This document shows positions 39,245 to 47,808 of a stretch of DNA of 54,904 bases, one piece after another. The notes beneath the pieces were generated by a model that saw only the letters and a list, made by a program, of their open reading frames with translations, was not told the origin of the DNA and ran no database searches. Position 1 is the first letter of the stretch; each line of letters starts with the position of its first letter. Position numbers and translations under genes: made by a program. Location: IMG/VR virus record IMGVR_UViG_3300036846_000162, positions 1 through 54,904 of that record. One strand, 5' to 3'. This stretch comes from a virus (taxonomy: Duplodnaviria; Caudoviricetes).

Positions 39245-39461
39245 CCTGACCTCCTTCTGTTAATTGCTCTGGTTCATCTGCCTTCCATTCTTCAATCTTT
39301 CCTTCATAGATTGAATCATCAGGATTTAACTTGTAAGTAATACCGTTGGCTGCTGCATCTTCTTCAATGCTGCCTAGCAGTTGGTCCAATATCTGCTTAT
39401 ATGTATTACCTATGGCTACAATTTGTTCGCCTTCCTCTGTGACCTTTGTTAATGTAATCAT
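39231..39461 (-). CDS. Small acidic hypothetical protein
   Basis: Directly downstream of motif copy 2; AAGGAG upstream. Confidence 0.6.
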   Translation of the reverse strand: MITLTKVTEEGEQIVAIGNTYKQILDQLLGSIEEDAAANGITYKLNPDDSIYEGKIEEWKADEPEQLTEGGQDEEQ

Positions 39462-39501
39462 TATTTCTCCTTTTATTTTATATGTTATTCTTACTCGTTA
39501 A

Positions 39502-39519
39502 TTAGGGGGGGTTGATAGG
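39502..39519 (-). promoter_or_regulatory. Conserved 18-bp motif, copy 2
   Basis: + strand TTAGGGGGGGTTGATAGG. Confidence 0.7.
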
Positions 39520-39520
39520 A

Positions 39521-39811
39521 TTAGCCTTCGGACTCCACAGGCTGTAACTCCTCTTTAGCTTTAATGAGTTTTATAAGTAGTCCGTTAGCTAAAGAAACAT
39601 CATTACGATATTTATCTCTTGTATCTTCAAAACCAGACTTCATTTTAAGATACTGTTCATCATCAGCTAATTTATCTTTTCCTACCATCCTTTCAAGACC
39701 TCCTATTATGAAGTCTAACATATGAGCTTTCTCATCCATCTCTGATGTAGCTCTTTTAAATATTCCGATAATCCTGATTAAGAACTCTGTTTCTTGTTCA
39801 TTTAGTTCCAT
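39521..39811 (-). CDS. Hypothetical protein
   Basis: AAGGAG upstream; helical composition. Confidence 0.6.
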   Translation of the reverse strand: MELNEQETEFLIRIIGIFKRATSEMDEKAHMLDFIIGGLERMVGKDKLADDEQYLKMKSGFEDTRDKYRNDVSLANGLLIKLIKAKEELQPVESEG

Positions 39812-40008
39812 TGTTTTCTCCTTATTTTTATTTTGTTATTTAAAATTACCTAACCAAAGGTAGTTCCCTCCCATCTGGAAGCAGTATTAGTAGGAATTAC
39901 CTGAAATTCATCAGAACCAAACTACCTTGTACGGTTAGGTTTTGCATAATGAATCTACCTGTAGAAACAGGTGGACTCCACCCGAAACTCTAAAACAACT
40001 AAAAAGAT

Positions 40009-40182
40009 TTACTTATCTCTGTGGTCTACATACGTAAACATACTAATAAGTCTTTCTGCCTCAAAGTCTGGTATCCATACAAGTCCACCAAACTTAGTTA
40101 AGAAATACTTACCATCCTCTGTATAGTACAGTAGGGTTAAACCTTCAGTTGTTAGTACAATGTACTGTTTCTTGACTCACAT
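40009..40182 (-). pseudogene. Small ORF with TGA at codon 2 (M*VKKQYIVLTT...)
   Basis: ATG TGA followed by 55 open codons filling the intergenic gap. Confidence 0.35.
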
Positions 40183-40199
40183 AGGTGTATATTTATTGA

Positions 40200-40607
40200 T
40201 TAATAATCTCCTGTTGCTCCTCCGCCTCCAGAGCTACCACCACCAAAGTCATCAAAGCCACCACTACTACTGCCTCCACTATCAAAGCCACCAAAGTTAC
40301 CACTATCACCACTATCATTTATAGCACTGTTCCAGATAGTAGTATCATTCCTTCTTCTTTCTTCCTCTTCGTCATCTTCTCTCTGCCTTCTCCTACGATC
40401 TTCTTCCTCCTGTTCTGCCTTCTTCATCCTGTCCTCTTCTTCCCTCCTTCGGTTAGCAAGTACCATATCACTGTACTTCTCAAAGAAAAACTTCTCATGT
40501 ACAAGTAATTTATCATACTCACTTGGGAGTATCTTTTCACTAATGTGATAGTGCTTGTTGGTAGCCACTGATTTAAAAGGTGACACACAAACATAATGTT
40601 CATCCAT
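40200..40607 (-). CDS. Hypothetical protein with charged coil and Gly/Ser-rich tail
   Basis: E/R-rich middle; ends FGGGSSGGGGATGDY; AAGGAGGT upstream. Confidence 0.65.
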   Translation of the reverse strand: MDEHYVCVSPFKSVATNKHYHISEKILPSEYDKLLVHEKFFFEKYSDMVLANRRREEEDRMKKAEQEEEDRRRRQREDDEEEERRRNDTTIWNSAINDSGDSGNFGGFDSGGSSSGGFDDFGGGSSGGGGATGDY

Positions 40608-40622
40608 AGTTACCTCCTTGTT

Positions 40623-42545
40623 TTAATGTATTTCTGCATAATTGTTTCCGAAAGCGATACTGATAGCCAATGGTACATTGAGTTTAAGAGCAGCATTAGT
40701 CTTATTTATTGCTGTATTGAGTGCTGCGGTTACTGTCTCTCTACCTCCTGCTACTTTCCTTATAGGGAATATAACCTCATCATGAAATTGCCCACATAGC
40801 TTAGCTCCACTCTGCCTTACATATCTAACCCATGTATCAAAGCAATAAACTCCTGTACTTTGATTGAGTGTTGAAAACTTATCTTTCTCCTCTCTTAAAC
40901 TGAGCCAAAATTGACTGACGGGATTGTATAGCCACTTCTGCCCCATTACTGTCTTTACTTTACAACCATTAGCTACCTTCTTTACGGCATGGTTTCTCTT
41001 CCAATATACTGTATGGAATACACCTGCCTCTTTTAATGGTATATTTGCTGTTACTGATAACTTAGCTGGTCCTGCTCCGTATTTACAGGCATAATTTACC
41101 TTCTTTGCTTTGAGTCTTACCGGCTTCTGTGATACTCCCCTAGCTCCCTTAGTGCTATCATATAGCTTATGCTCCTCAACCTGCTTCTTTGTTAATAAGC
41201 CTGCTAATAGAGCTATATCTAAGTGTGGGTCAAATCCTGGGGTATTTAATTCCTCTACATACTTGGGATCGAAGAAGAATATGTAATGCCTTCCAGTTAA
41301 GTCTTCTAATCCTGACATATCAGAGCCACATAACTCATGGTCTTTAGTAGGAGCTATTAAACATTCCCTTATCTCCTGCCAATACTTCTTTGGTATCTGA
41401 GGCAGATTTACAATGGTCTTATGCTGAAATCTCAGTGTATTAGTAAAACCACGTATCTCTGCCTGTAGATAACCATCGGAGCTTGCATCTCTTATGAATC
41501 CCTTTAATAGTCCTATTCTATGCTTGAGTACACTATACTCTTCCAGATTGGCTAGATATGGATATGACTTAAACAGCTTCTTAATACTTGGACATACTCC
41601 ACTATCATCATCTGCCATTATCTGTGGTATAGGTCTCTGTACATACTTACCATGACCATCAGACTCCTTTACATACTTGAATGTCTCTGGTTTCCATCCT
41701 AGAGTATTTAACCACTCCTTTAACTGATCGGTAGAGTTAGGATTACCTGTAGACCTTGATGCCTCTATTCGTACATCCTGTATATGACATAATGGCAGAT
41801 TATTCCTGAGTAGTATTTCTTCCCACTTCTCACCTGCCTTTGATATTGTACCATCCTTCTTATAGTACCTACCATCTGGTTTGCTTACTGTCTTGTACTC
41901 TATCATTGTAGGCATTACTAGCTCTAGCTCAAATCTCTTTGCTTTGAGTTTCTCTTCAAGTGTTATTAGGTTTGTATGGCATTTTATCTCATCAAGTCTC
42001 CATCTCATTGCTTCTGCTTCTCTTGCACATTCCAGTTTATAGCTTAGGTACATCATTATCCTTAGCTTATCTGTACCATATAACTCTCTTAGATAGTTAC
42101 TCTGAGAATTGAATAGAGCTGTATTAATCCTTACATCTTCACTGCATCTAAATATGTAGGTCTCTATTGGTGAGTTTTCCCAATCTACTACTGGTGGCTT
42201 CTGTATATCAAAGTCCTTACCCCACTCTTCCAAACCATGTATTGTTCTCTTAGGATATAGATACCAGCTTAGCCCTAGAGTATCTATTAGCTTGGCTGTT
42301 ATCTTGATACCTAGTAACTTCTCTAGTAAAGGTATGTCATACCTAATGATGTTATGTCCTACTAATACTCCTTCTTCAATGAGGAAGTTAATCATCTCCT
42401 CTCTGCTAGTTATGTAACCTGTTCTTATCTCTATACCATTGTTGAACTTCTTGTAACACAGGCAATGTATCTTTGTTGCCTGCTTAGCTTTATGGGTTGC
42501 ATATAGCAACCCATCAGCTTCTATGTCTATTACTGAATAAATCAT
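40623..42545 (-). CDS. polA: DNA polymerase family A (T7-like) with 3'-5' exonuclease
   Basis: ExoI DIEAD, GHNIIRYD, motif A GSDMSGLE, motif B KAKKVNYACKYGAG, motif C FHDE. Confidence 0.93.
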   Translation of the reverse strand: MIYSVIDIEADGLLYATHKAKQATKIHCLCYKKFNNGIEIRTGYITSREEMINFLIEEGVLVGHNIIRYDIPLLEKLLGIKITAKLIDTLGLSWYLYPKRTIHGLEEWGKDFDIQKPPVVDWENSPIETYIFRCSEDVRINTALFNSQSNYLRELYGTDKLRIMMYLSYKLECAREAEAMRWRLDEIKCHTNLITLEEKLKAKRFELELVMPTMIEYKTVSKPDGRYYKKDGTISKAGEKWEEILLRNNLPLCHIQDVRIEASRSTGNPNSTDQLKEWLNTLGWKPETFKYVKESDGHGKYVQRPIPQIMADDDSGVCPSIKKLFKSYPYLANLEEYSVLKHRIGLLKGFIRDASSDGYLQAEIRGFTNTLRFQHKTIVNLPQIPKKYWQEIRECLIAPTKDHELCGSDMSGLEDLTGRHYIFFFDPKYVEELNTPGFDPHLDIALLAGLLTKKQVEEHKLYDSTKGARGVSQKPVRLKAKKVNYACKYGAGPAKLSVTANIPLKEAGVFHTVYWKRNHAVKKVANGCKVKTVMGQKWLYNPVSQFWLSLREEKDKFSTLNQSTGVYCFDTWVRYVRQSGAKLCGQFHDEVIFPIRKVAGGRETVTAALNTAINKTNAALKLNVPLAISIAFGNNYAEIH

Positions 42546-42563
42546 TAAGTAATATTTAATAGG

Positions 42564-42911
42564 TTAAGCATCTTGTAGCTCAAAGAACTGCATGTACCTT
42601 GCAAGTACATTATCAGGTATCTTTGTATGTCTTGATTTGAGGCTCTCCTTGAAGCCTACTACCTTGTCTATGAGTTCAACTCTTTTATGAGTCTCAATCT
42701 CTACCTGCCTTTTAAGCTGGTCAATCTGAGCCATCATCTGACCTGTTACTGAATTAGCATCTACCATGACTACATCAGATGCTACTTCTTGTGAGCTTGG
42801 CATAGCCAGTACTCTTTCTCTATACAAGTCCTCTGCTGCTATTGATATTAGAGCAGATATTGTACCGGCTATCATTTCCGTTGTGGTTTTAGTCTCATTT
42901 ACTCCTTCCAT
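42564..42911 (-). CDS. Hypothetical protein
   Basis: 115-aa - strand ORF with A-rich leader. Confidence 0.6.
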   Translation of the reverse strand: MEGVNETKTTTEMIAGTISALISIAAEDLYRERVLAMPSSQEVASDVVMVDANSVTGQMMAQIDQLKRQVEIETHKRVELIDKVVGFKESLKSRHTKIPDNVLARYMQFFELQDA

Positions 42912-43087
42912 TGTTATTTGTTTTATTTGTTAATAATAAGATTGATATGCTAGGTACACTTACTACCACCATATAGAGCTTATTTTCCCTACTTGCTCTT
43001 GACCTCATTGATAATATGAGTAATAGGGCAATAAATATACTGAAAAAAGACCTAAAAAGCAAATTTTTCATTGATATGTGCATAACT

Positions 43088-44413
43088 TTATTGTATGCCT
43101 TTTACGTTATTTAATATGACTAGGTCACTGGCTCTTGTTACTCCTGTGTACAGTAACCTCTGCTTATCACTCTCATCCCTACATAGGTTTATATCTCCTA
43201 TATTCATCACAGTAGACTTGTATGTACTACCCTGTGATTTATGTATGGTAATAGCGTGATTGTACTTAATGTCTGCAAACTGCTCTAAGAAGTAGTCTCT
43301 AGCATGATAATCCCAACCAAACTTAGCACAGTTCTCCTTTATGCTAGTAGATAGGTGCTTAAAGATAGCATCACTATGCTCATGTAATACCTTTACTGTA
43401 TCATTTATAACATAGTATTTCATCCTTATCCTATCTGTTGCCGTAATAGGCACACCGTCCTGAAAGATTGTATCATGTCTTGGAACATTGATATAACTTG
43501 TGATAATGGACAAATCTTCTACCTTAACTTCTTTGTTGGTATAATGTTCACCAAAAGGGGCATTAAATACGATAGTCTCCTCTTTCTCTATCCTCGCTGG
43601 TTTTCCATACCTCCTAGTTCTAACCGCTAGATTTATCTTGTCCACCACATTGTTAGTAAATGCAAGGTACTTTAGTGCATCAGTACCATTTACATCTGCA
43701 AGGTCGTCTATTATGACTGGCATATCATTGCTATACATATATCCTTTACCATCTATTAACCTTGGTGTGTTGAAGTATATCATATCTAAGTCATTAGACA
43801 AGTCTATTATAGGATTACCTGCCCCTTGTCTGATAATAGTCTTCAGCTTTACTTCAGGATAGTCCTTTACAAATACAGGACTGACCTTCTCCCCTACTGG
43901 TGGTAATTGCTTATCGTCACCTATGTAGAGTATAGGAAACTTCATTGCCTTGAGATAACCCTCTTGATACTCTTTTGCTTCAGGGTCTAACATATTACCT
44001 TCGATCTTACTCTCTAACATTGATGCCTCATCTATTACTGCAAACTTAGCTAAATCAAAGTCTTCTACCCTATCACCATAGAACTTGCCTCTTACGAAGC
44101 TATGCTGTCCACTCTGGCTATTGGTAATTCTCCTCATTCTGAGTGCACTGTGAATGGTCTTAAAAATGTAATTGCCATATACTTTAGACCTAAGTATAGC
44201 CAATGCTTTGTTTGTTGGTGCTGTAACAAATACCTGTCCATTATTATAATTGCGTAGTATTGCTGCTTCATGCTTAAAGTACTTTATAAGCTCATTAGAT
44301 AGATGAGTTTTACCAGTACCTGCAGAGCCTACTAATCTTACTCTTTTATGTCCTTCTTTGAATAGTCTTATGATTTCTCCATAAGCCCACTCTTGGTCAC
44401 CCATGAATGCCAT
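43088..44413 (-). CDS. Dda/RecD-like SF1B DNA helicase
   Basis: GSAGTGKT, TAPTNKA, IDEASM, GDDKQLPPV, HAITIHKSQGSTY, LYTGVTRAS. Confidence 0.92.
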   Translation of the reverse strand: MAFMGDQEWAYGEIIRLFKEGHKRVRLVGSAGTGKTHLSNELIKYFKHEAAILRNYNNGQVFVTAPTNKALAILRSKVYGNYIFKTIHSALRMRRITNSQSGQHSFVRGKFYGDRVEDFDLAKFAVIDEASMLESKIEGNMLDPEAKEYQEGYLKAMKFPILYIGDDKQLPPVGEKVSPVFVKDYPEVKLKTIIRQGAGNPIIDLSNDLDMIYFNTPRLIDGKGYMYSNDMPVIIDDLADVNGTDALKYLAFTNNVVDKINLAVRTRRYGKPARIEKEETIVFNAPFGEHYTNKEVKVEDLSIITSYINVPRHDTIFQDGVPITATDRIRMKYYVINDTVKVLHEHSDAIFKHLSTSIKENCAKFGWDYHARDYFLEQFADIKYNHAITIHKSQGSTYKSTVMNIGDINLCRDESDKQRLLYTGVTRASDLVILNNVKGIQ

Positions 44414-44433
44414 AGTTGTTGTATTTGTAGGTT

Positions 44434-44481
44434 AAAAAAAAAAAGAAGTAGCAAGCTATATTTCTATAACTTACTACTTCT
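44434..44481 (-). terminator. Intrinsic terminator
   Basis: AGAAGTAG/CTACTTCT stem with an A11 run. Confidence 0.7.
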
Positions 44482-44496
44482 ATTATAGACTACGGA

Positions 44497-45186
44497 TTAA
44501 ATAGTCTGTCCCATGAGCACACCTGCTCCTTCCATTTCCGCCTTGATCTTTGGTGTCTGATAGACATCACTCTTACCATAACGAAAATCTTCATCATTAC
44601 GGGCTACTCTGCTGAATCCGGTTCTTTTATACTGAGCATTCTTTTCTTTGTCCAGTATCAATTTACCTGCATTGCCGTTTGTATCACCGATACCATAACG
44701 TACTGCTTGTTTGTCAGCCAGTTCATCATATGTCTTAAGACCCCTGTTAATAGCATCCCACTGATTGTCATCAAATGTAGGGCTGTTACTGAGGATCTTA
44801 AAGATGATGCCAGTATTCTTGAATTTCTCGAATGCTGCCATTACCTCTGCATCTGGTGCACTTACCGGTACCAATATCCATGCAACTCTGGTCTCAACAC
44901 TTTCATACTTCCTCGGCTCTGCTGCTTTACCAAAATCTTCCAGCTCAAATATGCTGTCATTAAGGTTGCTTGTAATTCTAACACCTGAATATACAGCTAA
45001 AGTAGTTAACTTCTGCTTTACTTCCAAGGTCTTAGTTCCTGGTTTCTGATACTGATTGACGTAAATCCTGCTGAATATCAGTGGTGAACGTGTTACGGTA
45101 ACTTCTCTTGTTACCTGTGATTTTGCCTCTGTCTGAGTTTCCTGCTCGTCCAACAGAGTGTCTTGCGCTAATTTGGTAGTGTCCAT
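44497..45186 (-). CDS. Hypothetical protein
   Basis: 229-aa ORF, AAGGAG leader, own terminator. Confidence 0.7.
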   Translation of the reverse strand: MDTTKLAQDTLLDEQETQTEAKSQVTREVTVTRSPLIFSRIYVNQYQKPGTKTLEVKQKLTTLAVYSGVRITSNLNDSIFELEDFGKAAEPRKYESVETRVAWILVPVSAPDAEVMAAFEKFKNTGIIFKILSNSPTFDDNQWDAINRGLKTYDELADKQAVRYGIGDTNGNAGKLILDKEKNAQYKRTGFSRVARNDEDFRYGKSDVYQTPKIKAEMEGAGVLMGQTI

Positions 45187-45226
45187 TTTAGTTTTCTCCT
45201 TTGTTTATTGCTTTAATTAATATATA

Positions 45227-45538
45227 CTAGATGGGCTTTCTTTTATGCCCTATCCTAGTCTCTTCAATAGCCTTCTTTCTGGCTCGTAAAATAGCTTCTC
45301 TCTTGTGCTTTTTCTTTTGTGCTATTAACAGATGTTTAAATCTTCCTTTAGATGTATAGACTGCTAATCCTCTATCCACCTGTACCTGAGCTAACCCTTT
45401 TGGGACTCTTACGGCTAATCCTGCTTGTTGTAGAATAGCTCCGTTCTCATCCCTTACTTCCTTTGTGATGATGCTTACTAGCTTGTATCTATTCATAATT
45501 TTAGTGATTAAGCTGTCTCCCCAACGTAGCCTCTTCAT
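45227..45538 (-). CDS. Basic hypothetical protein
   Basis: AGGAGGTG upstream. Confidence 0.6.
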   Translation of the reverse strand: MKRLRWGDSLITKIMNRYKLVSIITKEVRDENGAILQQAGLAVRVPKGLAQVQVDRGLAVYTSKGRFKHLLIAQKKKHKREAILRARKKAIEETRIGHKRKPI

Positions 45539-45539
45539 G

Positions 45540-45698
45540 TTACACCTCCTCGCTCATTATCATCCCACTCAACTTTGACTGCATGTATCTTTCGTGCTTA
45601 TCTCTAAGCATCTTAATGTAGTCTGTTATCCACCTATTCTTCCTGATGATATTCAACATGTATAGATTATACATGATTGATGCTATTAGATTTTTCAT
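45540..45698 (-). CDS. Small hypothetical protein (52 aa, not in ORF track)
   Basis: MKNLIASIMYNLYMLNIIRKN...; starts about 29 nt after motif copy 3 and ends just before the next start. Confidence 0.55.
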   Translation of the reverse strand: MKNLIASIMYNLYMLNIIRKNRWITDYIKMLRDKHERYMQSKLSGMIMSEEV

Positions 45699-45726
45699 AT
45701 TGATGTATTTTAGATTTGCTCCTTAA

Positions 45727-45744
45727 TAAGGGGGGGTTGATAGG
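45727..45744 (-). promoter_or_regulatory. Conserved 18-bp motif, copy 3
   Basis: + strand TAAGGGGGGGTTGATAGG. Confidence 0.7.
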
Positions 45745-45832
45745 ATATGCCTCACTGACCCTCGTAAAACAGAATACCTGTATAGACATACAGGTATTTG
45801 GAATTGACTATTTCAATATAAACAGAAAGACA

Positions 45833-46129
45833 TCATTGCTTGTTGTTGTCCATGATAAGTTCTCTAGCCATTACCCATGGGAAGAATGCTCTAGTACAAT
45901 GCTCCACTGTATCACAACATGCCTCATGTTCGTAATGTCTTACTCCTTCACTGTCCTCTGGTACCCTGATATTCTTATTGGCTATCTTAATGATGTATGT
46001 TCTAATACTATTTAACAAAGCTCTCTCTGCTACTAGTTTAGTATACATTTCACCTGTAGTTATGATCTCTATTTCTGAGACCACTCTATGCTCTGCTCCT
46101 ACTGTCTTTTCTATTAGTATATAAGGCAT
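45833..46129 (-). CDS. Hypothetical protein
   Basis: 98-aa - strand ORF; a TACCTTTA -7-like element lies just upstream. Confidence 0.5.
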   Translation of the reverse strand: MPYILIEKTVGAEHRVVSEIEIITTGEMYTKLVAERALLNSIRTYIIKIANKNIRVPEDSEGVRHYEHEACCDTVEHCTRAFFPWVMARELIMDNNKQ

Positions 46130-46379
46130 GGTATTATTGTAAAGGTAAATAAATTTTTAAATAAAAACATGAAAGTGAGGATATTTCTATCCTCTCTCTT
46201 TCACTTGCCTTCCATCTATGTTCGTTGTGCCATGTAAGACGAGGCTACTTAACATAATGTAAATTATTCTTTCTTTCCTCGCCTTGAAATCCCAAAGTAG
46301 GGGATAGCCATAGTAACCCTCAATAGGTGTAGGCTATCCCTCTTTACTTTGAGTAGGTGTATGACAACACTAAGTTTAG

Positions 46380-46658
46380 TTAGAACGGTAGTTCATCACC
46401 AGTCCAGGTTGTAGTACCTGGAGTTTTAATAGGAGTCTCATCAGAATGATGTACAGGAGTCTCTACAAAGTCCTCTGGCATTTCAGTAAAGCCTACTTGT
46501 GGTAGGAATGGCTCTGTGTAGTCTATCCATTCAAGCATAGCTTTAGCACAGGCTTCCAGGTACAGTTGTTTGACTTCATCTTTAGTCCTATAGCTAGTAC
46601 CAGTTTCTAATGCTGCGAAGAAATGCTCTTTAATCTTGTTAAATAATGATTGGTTCAT
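46380..46658 (-). CDS. Small protein with SSB-like acidic C-terminal tail (GDELPF)
   Basis: 92-aa ORF downstream of motif copy 4. Confidence 0.6.
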   Translation of the reverse strand: MNQSLFNKIKEHFFAALETGTSYRTKDEVKQLYLEACAKAMLEWIDYTEPFLPQVGFTEMPEDFVETPVHHSDETPIKTPGTTTWTGDELPF

Positions 46659-46803
46659 AGTATATTGTTTTAGTATGGTTTATAAAGTGGGCATGAACTC
46701 AAGATAAAGAGATACGTTCCACTTCAAAGCGTACCTATATTTCTTTTGATTTTCTAACGAGAGGCTTTAAGCCTATTACCATGCATGATATGTTGCACCA
46801 TGA

Positions 46804-46821
46804 TTAGGGGGGGTTGATAGG
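46804..46821 (-). promoter_or_regulatory. Conserved 18-bp motif, copy 4
   Basis: + strand TTAGGGGGGGTTGATAGG. Confidence 0.7.
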
Positions 46822-46944
46822 AACCGCTAGTGATGGCTTTACGGTTTATTTAAACCGAGGGTTGTTTGTAGTAGATGTACATTGAAGGCTAAAATATACA
46901 TACAACATAAAGTTAGAACGTTTAAAAATATTTTTTGTTAAAGA

Positions 46945-46996
46945 TTTGGAAAAAGCTATTTCCTGAACTATCTTGCAATAGAAGTTCTTTGAAATA
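46945..46996 (+). promoter_or_regulatory. Bacteroidota-like sigma promoter followed by a boxA-like element
   Basis: TTTG-N20-TATCTTGC (imperfect TAnnTTTG), then GAAGTTCTTTGAAATA. Confidence 0.5.
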
Positions 46997-47727
46997 GACT
47001 AAACGTAGATATGGAGGTTCTAATATCCCTTTACATGAATATGTAGAGATGAACATATTAAAACCATAAAGATCAGTAATTACCAGTATATACTAGTAAA
47101 GACAGATGAACTCAAAAGAAATATATATCCGCTTTGATAGAACTAAACTATATCTCTTAGCTATTTTAGACATAAAGCACGACTCCTGCGCCCATCTTTA
47201 GCCCGAAAGGGGGTTTCTATGGATTGCGAGAGGAGAGAAAGCTGAATAAGTTTGCAACTGCTACCTAATACGGTAAGCTAAAGCAGTACTAATAACCTTC
47301 ATCGGTTGAGAGCCACTACCTAAGACTAGGACCTGGACTTATAGTCATACTTAGAGATGGTAGGTGAAGAAGCTGGCAGACAAATAGGCTGGAAAGCTTC
47401 ATTATAATAACCACCTTATCTGAAGGTAATAAGATAGGGTTAGGGTAGGGGAAACAAGGACACTGGATGAGAGGCTGCAAGGCAGCTTCTTAAGAAACCT
47501 TGATTTCCTTGTATCTCTTGTATAATCTCAATATGTATGCGGGTTCAGCGGGTTCTTTGCCTCAAATCCTCGCAAATAGCTTCTAATTGAAATACAGATA
47601 GTCAAATTCAGTGTTTTACGGCTTACCCTTCTCATTTTGGGTAATAGGTGAACTAAATAGGAGTAATAAGTTTTCTAACTGACCACTCTTTTAGCAATTA
47701 CAAGGACTATATCCATAGTCCTTTCTT
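46980..47727 (+). ncRNA. Candidate large structured non-coding RNA (family unassigned)
   Basis: No ORF >=60 aa; nested helices, GNRA-type loops and G-U pairs favouring + sense; promoter upstream and terminator-like hairpin AAGGACTAT/ATAGTCCTT at 47702-47723. Confidence 0.55.
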
Positions 47728-47808
47728 ATAAACTCATTTGTGGTATTCCTTTGTTCTCCTTCTTTTATTTGTCTTTTTTTGCTAGTAGTAGGGTACTAAA
47801 ACAGTACC

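Larger units (their letters stand above)
46707..47158. repeat. Long-spaced imperfect inverted repeat centred on an AT palindrome
   Basis: 46736-46749 is the reverse complement of 47112-47125 (14/14); likewise 46724-46731 with 47130-47137 and 46707-46714 with 47151-47158. Confidence 0.75.

Noticed and set aside
40200-40320. CCACCA/CCACTA short tandem repeats
   Set aside because: Explained by Gly/Ser-rich codons of the 40200-40607 protein tail.
42895-43083. 62-aa hydrophobic - strand ORF
   Set aside because: Could be a small membrane protein, but there is no motif or clear initiation signal; left uncalled.
47160-47700. Group I intron, RNase P RNA or tmRNA identity for the structured island
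   Set aside because: The GACTA/TAGTC pair is too close to enclose P3/P8 and no interrupted gene is evident; no GAGGAAAGUCC P4 motif; no tRNA-like ends.
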